NCBI GenBank assembly: GCA_964220215.1
Contig: CAXPTH010000011.1
Coordinates: 1 to 12,151, forward strand
DNA length: 12,151 nucleotides
Origin: Alteromonas sp.
GTDB lineage: Bacteria > Margulisbacteria > Marinamargulisbacteria > UBA6595
Reading direction: 5' to 3'
Shown here piece after piece: positions 5,188 to 12,151 of the stretch. Within the stretch, counting starts at the first letter, position 1, and the number at the start of each line of letters is the position of its first letter. The notes beneath the pieces were generated by a model that did no database searches, had not been told where the DNA came from, and worked only from the letters and a program-made list of their open reading frames with translations. Made by a program: the position numbers and the translations under genes.

Positions 5188-6886
5188 TACCCAAATTTGT
5201 CACAGTGCCTCCCATGTTTTGGCACAAGCCGTTTTAGAACGGTTCCCCGATGCAAAATTGGGTATTGGGCCAACGATTGACAACGGATTTTATTATGATT
5301 TTGATTTACCGCAACCACTCACGGATGACGATCTGGTCGATTTGGAGGCGCGTATGGCGCGCATTATCGCCGAAAACCAAGCATTTGTTCGAACGGATGT
5401 GACCCGAGCAGAGGCGGAGTCTCGTGTTGCGAATCAACCGTACAAACAAGAGATTATTGCGGATTTAGATTTGGATACCTATTCGTTTTACCAAAACGGG
5501 CCGTTCATTGATTTATGCCGAGGGCCACACGTTGAAAACACCCAAGCCATTAAAGCGTTTAAACTATTGCGGGTCTCGGGTGCATACTGGCGGGGATCTG
5601 AAACCCGACCCATGCTGCAACGCATTTATGGAACGGCCTTTGCCAATCCCAAAGACTTGCGTGCTTACTTAAAACAATTGGAAGAAGCCAAAAAGCGGGA
5701 CCATCGCTTGTTGGGCAAACAACTGGATTTGTTTAGCATTCAAGAGGCTGTGGGTGGGGGGTTGGTATTGTGGCATCCCAAGGGCGCAACCATTCGGGAC
5801 ATTATCGAAACCACGTGGAAACGCCAACATCGGGCACAGGGGTATGACTTGGTGTATAGCCCGCATATTGGCGTGAATAGTTTGTGGCAAACCAGTGGGC
5901 ATTTGGACTTTTATGAAGCCAATATGTTTGGCTCCATTCACAATGACAATCAAACCTATCGGCTGAAGCCCATGAACTGCCCGTTTCATAGCTTAATTTA
6001 CAAGTCTCGGCATTGGTCGTATCGGGACTTGCCGGTGCGCTACGCCGAACTGGGGTCGGTGTATCGGCATGAACGTTCCGGGGTGCTGCATGGGCTGATG
6101 CGTGTGCGCGGGTTTACCCAAGACGATGCCCATATTTTATGCCGCAATGATCAGGTCGATGCTGAAATCGAGGCGGCCTTATCGTTTAGCCTATCTGTCC
6201 TTCGCCAATTTGGCTTTGAGTCGTTTGAGTTGTTTTTATCCACAAAACCCAATGAAAAATGCATTGGGGATGATGCCCATTGGGCCTTGGCCGAGTCGGC
6301 CTTGCAACAGGCCATTCAAAACTCCGGGTTGCCCTATGCTGTGGATGCCGGTGGGGGAGCGTTTTATGGGCCTAAAATCGATATTAAAATTAAAGACTCG
6401 ATTGGGCGATCCTGGCAATGCTCCACCATTCAATTTGATTTTAATTTGCCGGAAAAATTTGATCTAACCTATGTGGGCCAAGACGGTCAAAAGCATCGGC
6501 CCATTATGATTCACCGAGCCTTGTTGGGCTCCTTGGAGCGTTTCTTTGGAATTTTGGTTGAGCACTACAATGGGGCGTTTCCCCTGTGGTTGGCGCCAAC
6601 TCAGATTGACATTCTAACCGTAGCGCCATCGGTTGTTGCGTATGCAGACACCGTCGCCGATGCCTTAACTGAGTTGGGATGGCGGGTATCCGTTAAACCA
6701 GACCATGAAAAAATTGGCAAAAAAATCCGGGAATCGGTGAACCAAAAGGTACCCTATGCCTTAGTGATCGGGGAGCAAGAAGTGGCCAATGCCACAGCCA
6801 CCTTGCGTCACCGAACAGACGGCGATTCGGGATCCTTGTCTATTGCCGATATTCACCAAACACTCACGGCGGTGATGCATGGGTAA
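5162..6886 (+). CDS. thrS: Threonine--tRNA ligase (no N-terminal TGS domain)
   Basis: Editing-domain HSASH, GFYYDFD and DLCRGPHV; GAYWRG, LQRIYGTAF, KRDHRLLG, LKPMNCP, RVRGFTQDDAH, GAFYGPKID, WQCSTIQFDF and MIHRALLGSLERF. Start chosen as TTG 5162 (AAGGA at 5150-5154); ATG 5135-5141 are alternatives. Confidence 0.98.
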   Translation: MDSQSASINTQICHSASHVLAQAVLERFPDAKLGIGPTIDNGFYYDFDLPQPLTDDDLVDLEARMARIIAENQAFVRTDVTRAEAESRVANQPYKQEIIADLDLDTYSFYQNGPFIDLCRGPHVENTQAIKAFKLLRVSGAYWRGSETRPMLQRIYGTAFANPKDLRAYLKQLEEAKKRDHRLLGKQLDLFSIQEAVGGGLVLWHPKGATIRDIIETTWKRQHRAQGYDLVYSPHIGVNSLWQTSGHLDFYEANMFGSIHNDNQTYRLKPMNCPFHSLIYKSRHWSYRDLPVRYAELGSVYRHERSGVLHGLMRVRGFTQDDAHILCRNDQVDAEIEAALSFSLSVLRQFGFESFELFLSTKPNEKCIGDDAHWALAESALQQAIQNSGLPYAVDAGGGAFYGPKIDIKIKDSIGRSWQCSTIQFDFNLPEKFDLTYVGQDGQKHRPIMIHRALLGSLERFFGILVEHYNGAFPLWLAPTQIDILTVAPSVVAYADTVADALTELGWRVSVKPDHEKIGKKIRESVNQKVPYALVIGEQEVANATATLRHRTDGDSGSLSIADIHQTLTAVMHG

Positions 6887-7814
6887 ACCGCTGACCCCGG
6901 CTGACATTGAGGATTATATTCCGCATCGATTTGAAAATCAGCTCATTGACTCGGCTATCCCTGGCGAAAACGCGTCGTTTTCCGTCTCAATTGATCCGAA
7001 CGACCACCACAATCGATCCATCTTCTTACAAACCATTGAAATTGGGAAACCCCCCATGATTATGGAAACGGTCTTGGTTGAACTGCTGGCCTTGGGGATG
7101 ATTATTAAGGAAGGCCCCACCCCCAAAGACATCTTGGTATTTTTCGCTTCCATTGACTCGTTTGAGTACCAGGCGCCCGCAATAGCCAGTCAAACAACAA
7201 CGGGATCGGTCGCCACATTAAAAAAACGGGACCGGTTTTTTAAATGCCACGGGCATGTTGGGCAATCGGGGGAATCCAGCGCAAGCGCGACCCTTATGGC
7301 CAGCGTCTTTCCCGTTTCAGCATCAGCACCGGAACAATCCAGTCCCGACACGGTCTTGGATTTACCCCTAACAATGAACCTACCCGTCGACAAAAGCCAC
7401 TGGCACCGGCATCCTGATTTGGTTATTTGTGATGCGATTCGGTTGGCGTCTGAGACGGAATTAATCGGAGAGTATTGCTTCCACACTGAACATCCCCTCA
7501 TTCGGGGGCATTTTCCAGACATGCCGGTGATGATGGGTGTCTTGCAATGGCAATCGGTGGCTGATTTAGCCTTGGCCGATGCCTTGAATCGATCCCTTAA
7601 CAGCCCGGAACCCATCACACACACATACACGGCCACCTTGTACAATCAAACCGGTGCTATTATTAGTGTGATTAACCAGTGCGTGGTGAGTCTATGGATG
7701 GGCGTACCCGGCTTTTACCCCCATAGCCGCATTATTAAAACCAATAAAGTAGCCTTTAAAAACCGGGTGGTCCCGGGGGATACTATCTACACACACGCTC
7801 AACGCATCGATTAA
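6879..7814 (+). CDS. Tandem (double hot-dog) FabZ/FabA-like 3-hydroxyacyl-ACP dehydratase family protein
   Basis: The N-half begins IEDYIPHRFENQLID (FabZ LPHRYPFLLVD-like). The C-half has HRHPDLVICD, IRGHFPDMPVMMGVL and FKNRVVPGD. At 311 aa it is about two FabZ lengths. 8-nt overlap with the thrS stop. Confidence 0.8.
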   Translation: MGKPLTPADIEDYIPHRFENQLIDSAIPGENASFSVSIDPNDHHNRSIFLQTIEIGKPPMIMETVLVELLALGMIIKEGPTPKDILVFFASIDSFEYQAPAIASQTTTGSVATLKKRDRFFKCHGHVGQSGESSASATLMASVFPVSASAPEQSSPDTVLDLPLTMNLPVDKSHWHRHPDLVICDAIRLASETELIGEYCFHTEHPLIRGHFPDMPVMMGVLQWQSVADLALADALNRSLNSPEPITHTYTATLYNQTGAIISVINQCVVSLWMGVPGFYPHSRIIKTNKVAFKNRVVPGDTIYTHAQRID

Positions 7815-8866
7815 GCGTCTAGATCCCGTTGAAAAGCCTTCAACCAAACTGGCGTAAACCGTGTTAAGGACTCAGTTTGACTCAATACTCGGATACACCG
7901 GCACCACCGTTCAACATACCGCTGCTTTACAATGACCGATTCGAGCCGAACTCGCTGACTCAACTTGAGATTCTTCCGTATATGACACCCATAATATGCC
8001 TGCCAAGCGGACTTCAATCCGGCTTGGGTCTCTGGATCCGCATGGGGTATTTGATCCAAGGCTGTAAACACCGCCTGCGTATGCGCATCCATAACATCGG
8101 GCTTTCCGAGAAACAACTTAATCAAGCCACATAAATGCTGCATACTGCTGACGTCAAAAACAGATCGATCCATAAACCCGATTGTCGTCTGAATGATCGA
8201 CTCCACCACGGCTGGAACCACAATAGCTCGTGTTTTTGAATAATACCGAACCGCTTGGGTAGAAAAATCACGTAAGAACCGTTCTTTATCCGATCGTTTT
8301 TTAATGCTCAACGACTCAATCGCGCCCAGCACAGACCGAATTACCGATTGTATCGTTTCAACCGATAGCACACTCGTTGCTGTGACAATGCTCATTAGCA
8401 AGGTCTGAAACCGATGGTAATTCACACTCGGTTGCCTGTTTACACCCAAAAACACGGCATGAATCACCTGTTTAACCGGCACATGATCCTGAATCACACA
8501 CTGAATAATTTCTGTCATTTGCGTAGCGCTAATCGATTCACTATCTACCGGCTGACCATGCACATAAAAAAACACCAATTCCGCTAAAAAATTATAGGTG
8601 GATTGATGCGTATTGTCTGAAGACGCCCGCCGAATAATCGGCGATAAAGCCATGCCTAAATCATAAACCGATGCGTCTTCAACCACTCGATAATTATGGG
8701 CAATTGGATTTAATACCATCCCCCCCACAGACTCCGATTTGTCTTCCACCAAGTCTTCATCCGGCAATGCACTGGCCTCTCTTCTTTTTTTAGAAGAGTC
8801 TCCATTAAATTGACGGGACGATACCACCCGGTACTGCTCTTTATATGGTCTGTAAAGTATGTTCAT
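7811..8866 (-). CDS. Hypothetical protein (about 351 aa), charged N-terminus followed by a probably all-helical domain
   Basis: Long ORF. ATG 8866 (MNILYRPY...) is preferred to 8908 because the extra codons lie in the AT-rich intergenic stretch. A promoter-like element lies upstream. No family recognised. Confidence 0.7.
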   Translation of the reverse strand: MNILYRPYKEQYRVVSSRQFNGDSSKKRREASALPDEDLVEDKSESVGGMVLNPIAHNYRVVEDASVYDLGMALSPIIRRASSDNTHQSTYNFLAELVFFYVHGQPVDSESISATQMTEIIQCVIQDHVPVKQVIHAVFLGVNRQPSVNYHRFQTLLMSIVTATSVLSVETIQSVIRSVLGAIESLSIKKRSDKERFLRDFSTQAVRYYSKTRAIVVPAVVESIIQTTIGFMDRSVFDVSSMQHLCGLIKLFLGKPDVMDAHTQAVFTALDQIPHADPETQAGLKSAWQAYYGCHIRKNLKLSQRVRLESVIVKQRYVERWCRCIRVLSQTESLTRFTPVWLKAFQRDLDA

Positions 8867-8934
8867 AATTAATTGAAACAAAGAGAAACCAAAGCAATTC
8901 AAATACATAAGAAAATGATAAAAGCTTATTAAAA

Positions 8935-8963
8935 AATTTATCGTCTTTTAAAAACAAAGTCAA
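8935..8963 (-). promoter_or_regulatory. Putative sigma70 promoter for the 8866 gene
   Basis: On the minus strand: -35 TTGACT (8963-8958), 17-nt spacer, -10 TAAATT (8940-8935), in an AT-rich intergenic region. Confidence 0.55.
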
Positions 8964-8987
8964 CAACAACTGTATGTTTTTACTGCT

Positions 8988-9005
8988 AATAAAGTACACT
9001 TTATT
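8988..9005. promoter_or_regulatory. Perfect palindrome, candidate transcription-factor site
   Basis: AATAAAGT-AC-ACTTTATT, 8-bp arms with a 2-nt spacer, 24 nt upstream of the predicted -35. Confidence 0.5.
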
Positions 9006-9054
9006 TTTTATCAAGCAATACTTATTTCGATACAAAGTTAATATAAATTATGCA

Positions 9055-12000
9055 CTACTCCGGACAATCAGACGATATAATAAAATCGCCTGTTCTACTC
9101 AGCACCATCTTTCCTGAAACAACAATGGGGTTGGACGGCGTGGCTTGGGCGCAGCCGTTTTTTAACTCCAGCCTTCCGTTGTCCTGCACCCATTTAGACG
9201 CATCGCCTAGCTCATCGGGATCAAACTGGCTGGGGCCTTTGTCACCCTCACCGGTACCAACAACCACCCATTCGTACAACCGCTGATCTTGATTGTCTTG
9301 TTTTCCATCTGCATCACTATCCGTATTGGCTGCAATTCCCCATTTATTGGATAAATAAAACGAGATGGCTTTTTGTTGATCCACGCTTACTGAGCTGCTT
9401 AGCGCAATGACTTCCTGAATATCATCGGTATCTTTTATAGTTAGAGTATTGTTAGAACTCACCACAAAGCCAGCTCCCGATTTAACCACAAACCACCATT
9501 CATTTACAACGCTAGCTAAACCCTGCAACTGAGCAACCAAAGCCGGACTTTGTATACTATTTGTATCTGGATCATATCGATCATTATTATTAAACCCTAA
9601 GCGCTCCGCTCGCTGAGTATAGCGATTGTATAAACTGACGAGTCTATTGTTGTTGTGACGATCATACAATAACGAATCCGCATCATACCAAGCCTGAATA
9701 TTGTTTTTAACATATTTGAGCGGGTTTTTACTGCCCATATCTTGGGTTACCGACTCAGGAACAGATTTAATATGAACCACAAAAGGGATACGCCTAACAA
9801 CAGTGCCTTTTGAATATAGTACAATCAGCATCGCCACATCTTGCGGTTGGGCTGAATCCTTTAGCGTATAGTTTAATTCCCACGGTGATACTTGCTGATT
9901 AACACTGGGTTCCACTGTAAATGGGTTGTCCGCAAGTGGCACCCTATACTGAATAACCTGCTTGTCAAAAACCTCATTGCCCGTTACATGATTAGTCACA
10001 GCACCGGCATTGGTAAAATGGTAAAAATGGGAATCAACGTTGACAGTTGGGACATCCGCACTAGGAACACTCTGGTAATCTTTTGGGTTCGTACCGGCAG
10101 CCACTTCCTGGCCATCAGATACCCCATCACCATCCGTATCGGAGTGGACTGGATGGGTCCCTCGTATCGCTTCTTGTAAATCGCTTAGCCCATCATTATC
10201 ACTATCCGCATCTGGGGCTAGACCCGCACCTGGGGCTAGATCCCCATACATGGCTTCGAACGCATCGCTTAACCCATCGCCATCACGATCGGGGAAGGTC
10301 TCTAGGCCATTGTTGGGATTACTACCCGCACCCACTTCCTGCCCATCTGTCTGGCCATCGCCATCGCTATCTGAATGATCCGGATCGGTCCCTAGAATAG
10401 CTTCCTGCAAATTGGTTAGGCCATCGCCATCATCGTCGTCATTTGGGTTTCTTCCATTGAGATCAATTGGTGGAGAACTACCCGAATCTGTGGGGTCTGT
10501 GCCCAATATAAACTCCTGCATATTAGTAAAACCATCGTTATCTGTATCCGCATCTGGATGCAAGAAACCGCCATACTGGCTTTCAAAGTCATTACTTAAC
10601 CCATCCTCATCATCATCGGGGAAGGTATCTAGGCTATTCTTGGGATCACTGCCCGCAGCCTTTTCCTGACCATCGGACTGGCCATCGCCATCGCTATCTG
10701 GATTGTTGGGATCGGTGCCGCGGTTTTTAACCTCAGCAGAGTTGGAAATACCATCCCCATCTGAATCAATATCTGCTGAACCCAAAAATACCCAGAAATC
10801 ACGCGTCACTGTATGGGGCGGCACACCCGTATCATCCTGCAACTGAACGATCATACTCAAAACCCCACGGGCATTGGGCGATACCGCTAAATTAATGGAA
10901 ACGCCGGTCGGGCCGGCCTCAGGGGTTGCAATCACAATTGAACGGGTTGAAAATGCCTCCGGATCCATCGTCACGGTATAGGTGAAATTGGATTGCAAGC
11001 CCTCTTCATCTTGGACATACACATAAATTGTTTGCGAAACCGTGGCAACGGTTTGATCACCCGGCGATGCCATCGATGGGGGATCATTCACTGCATTCAC
11101 CGTAATCGTGAACGTCTGGACGACTACATGCTCATTATCCGTCACCGTCACCGTTACGCTTGCTGTGCCAAACTGATTGGGACTCGGCACTAAGTTTAAC
11201 ATCACCGTCGTGCTGCCATTCGCTGTCACAAATCCCGACGCATCTTGATTAAATAGGCTTAGATTCGATACCACAAACCCATATTCAAACTCGGATACCA
11301 GCCCTTCTTCATCATTCACCCCAAACACCACCTTATGCGTCACGTCTTCAGTGGCTTGTTGGTCGATAATTGCAAACGCCGGTGCATCATTCGCCGCATT
11401 CACCGTAATGGTAAAGGTCTGTGTCTCCACCCGAATGGGCAAACTAAAATTATCCGTCACCGTCACCGTCACACTCGCTGTACCAAACTGATTCGCACTC
11501 GGAACTAAGTTTAATGTTACACCAGTGCTGCCATTCGCTGTCACAAATCCCGACAAATCTTGGTTAAATAACGCTGTATTCAATATCACAAGCCCATACT
11601 CAAACTCCGATACGGGTCCTTCCGCATCATCCACACTAAAAACCACAGTGTGCGTCACGTCTTCGGTGGCTTGTTGGTCGCTAATTGCAAACTCCGGTGC
11701 ATCATTCACCGGATTGACTGTGATGGTGAACGTTTTCGTTGTGGTTGCTCCCCCACCGTCCTCCACCACCACATCGATTGTTGCAATGCTCGCTACATTC
11801 AGATTGTCTGTTGGTTGATAGCGCAAGTCTCGGGCTCGATCATCGTCACTATGATCAACCAAATGAGGGAGTATCTTAAACATGGAATAATCATTCAACG
11901 AAATATTCAATGTTACATCATCAATTAGATCCAAGCTTTCTACCGCATCCAGATTTGTAATAAACGCATTAACCGTGACCAAAGGCCCATCCTCATTCGC

Positions 12001-12150
12001 CTGAATATTACGTGTTGATAGCTCAAATTCCGGTGGGTCATTCACAGCCAAAACAGTAATACTAAAGGACTGCGTCACCACACGAACCGGCTCTGTAACA
12101 TTATCCGTCACCGTCACCATCACACTCGCTGTACCAAACTGATTCGCACT
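9055..12150 (-). CDS. Large Ca2+-binding surface/adhesin-like protein (cadherin-like repeats, thrombospondin type 3-like DxDxDG repeats, LamG-like C-terminal region); 5'-truncated by the window edge
   Basis: The frame stays open to the window end (SANQFGTASVMVTVTDN...). Repeated F-[TS]-I-T-V-x-x-[VA]-N-D-[AP]-P linkers about 100-112 aa apart; ten DxDxDG motifs; AWYDA...DIQEVI...YLSNKWGI. Confidence 0.9.
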   Translation of the reverse strand, partial: SANQFGTASVMVTVTDNVTEPVRVVTQSFSITVLAVNDPPEFELSTRNIQANEDGPLVTVNAFITNLDAVESLDLIDDVTLNISLNDYSMFKILPHLVDHSDDDRARDLRYQPTDNLNVASIATIDVVVEDGGGATTTKTFTITVNPVNDAPEFAISDQQATEDVTHTVVFSVDDAEGPVSEFEYGLVILNTALFNQDLSGFVTANGSTGVTLNLVPSANQFGTASVTVTVTDNFSLPIRVETQTFTITVNAANDAPAFAIIDQQATEDVTHKVVFGVNDEEGLVSEFEYGFVVSNLSLFNQDASGFVTANGSTTVMLNLVPSPNQFGTASVTVTVTDNEHVVVQTFTITVNAVNDPPSMASPGDQTVATVSQTIYVYVQDEEGLQSNFTYTVTMDPEAFSTRSIVIATPEAGPTGVSINLAVSPNARGVLSMIVQLQDDTGVPPHTVTRDFWVFLGSADIDSDGDGISNSAEVKNRGTDPNNPDSDGDGQSDGQEKAAGSDPKNSLDTFPDDDEDGLSNDFESQYGGFLHPDADTDNDGFTNMQEFILGTDPTDSGSSPPIDLNGRNPNDDDDGDGLTNLQEAILGTDPDHSDSDGDGQTDGQEVGAGSNPNNGLETFPDRDGDGLSDAFEAMYGDLAPGAGLAPDADSDNDGLSDLQEAIRGTHPVHSDTDGDGVSDGQEVAAGTNPKDYQSVPSADVPTVNVDSHFYHFTNAGAVTNHVTGNEVFDKQVIQYRVPLADNPFTVEPSVNQQVSPWELNYTLKDSAQPQDVAMLIVLYSKGTVVRRIPFVVHIKSVPESVTQDMGSKNPLKYVKNNIQAWYDADSLLYDRHNNNRLVSLYNRYTQRAERLGFNNNDRYDPDTNSIQSPALVAQLQGLASVVNEWWFVVKSGAGFVVSSNNTLTIKDTDDIQEVIALSSSVSVDQQKAISFYLSNKWGIAANTDSDADGKQDNQDQRLYEWVVVGTGEGDKGPSQFDPDELGDASKWVQDNGRLELKNGCAQATPSNPIVVSGKMVLSRTGDFIISSDCPE
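10075..10773 (-). repeat. Thrombospondin type 3-like Ca-binding repeats (DxDxDG-x-x-[DN]-x-x-E ... G[TS][DNH]P)
   Basis: Nine DxDxDG motifs in about 230 aa, arranged in a higher-order unit (DSDGDGQ.DGQE..AGS.P.N.L.TFPD.D.DGLS..FE..YG..L.PDAD.DNDG) present twice plus a partial third. Confidence 0.9.
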
Positions 12151-12151
12151 C
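11085..12151 (-). repeat. Tandem cadherin-like (Ig-fold) domains with nucleotide-level similarity
   Basis: TTATCCGTCACCGTCACC...CCAAACTGATT recurs at 11135, 11450 and 12101. Two adjacent domains repeat with a 315-nt period (DQQATEDVTH, SEFEYG, LFNQD, SGFVTANGST, LNLVPS.NQFGTASVTVTVTDN). Confidence 0.9.

Noticed and set aside
2604..7645. Short antisense or out-of-frame ORFs within aspC, thrS and the dehydratase (e.g. 3197..3448, 5669..5989, 6102..6467, 7190..7645)
   Set aside because: Nested in well-supported genes, with no motifs or RBS; shadow ORFs.
8779..8793. KKRR as a nuclear localisation signal in the 8866 protein
   Set aside because: A four-residue basic patch is too common to support an effector claim without other evidence.
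8841..9035. 64-aa minus-strand ORF in the AT-rich gap
   Set aside because: Composition typical of non-coding AT-rich DNA (F/L/K/I/N/Y); overlaps the predicted promoter and the next gene's start.
9050..11928. Plus-strand ORFs opposite the giant surface protein
   Set aside because: Antisense shadows of repetitive coding sequence with no independent evidence.

Overview
Bacterial genomic DNA in three blocks. (1) 1-2536 (+): three AT-rich orphan genes, the first cut by the window edge. They carry Pro/Ala low-complexity tracts built from NCA trinucleotide repeats and a high density of N-X-S/T sequons, often next to Cys. (2) 2608-7814 (+): a tightly packed housekeeping run of class I aspartate aminotransferase (aspC), purC, an orphan HicB-like protein, a TGS-less thrS and a tandem (double hot-dog) FabZ-like dehydratase. 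(3) 7811-12151 (-): an unknown helical protein with its own sigma70-like promoter and palindrome, and the 3' part of a giant Ca-binding surface protein (cadherin-like repeats, DxDxDG repeats, a shortened LamG-like domain). The most notable observations are a 13-bp inverted repeat covering the purC stop, an internal promoter and both start codons of the HicB-like gene; a FabZ pseudo-dimer whose catalytic Glu and His appear split between its two halves; and the sequon-rich orphan cluster. No rRNA, tRNA, CRISPR array or mobile element could be supported. All calls are by eye from motifs; no database searches were run.
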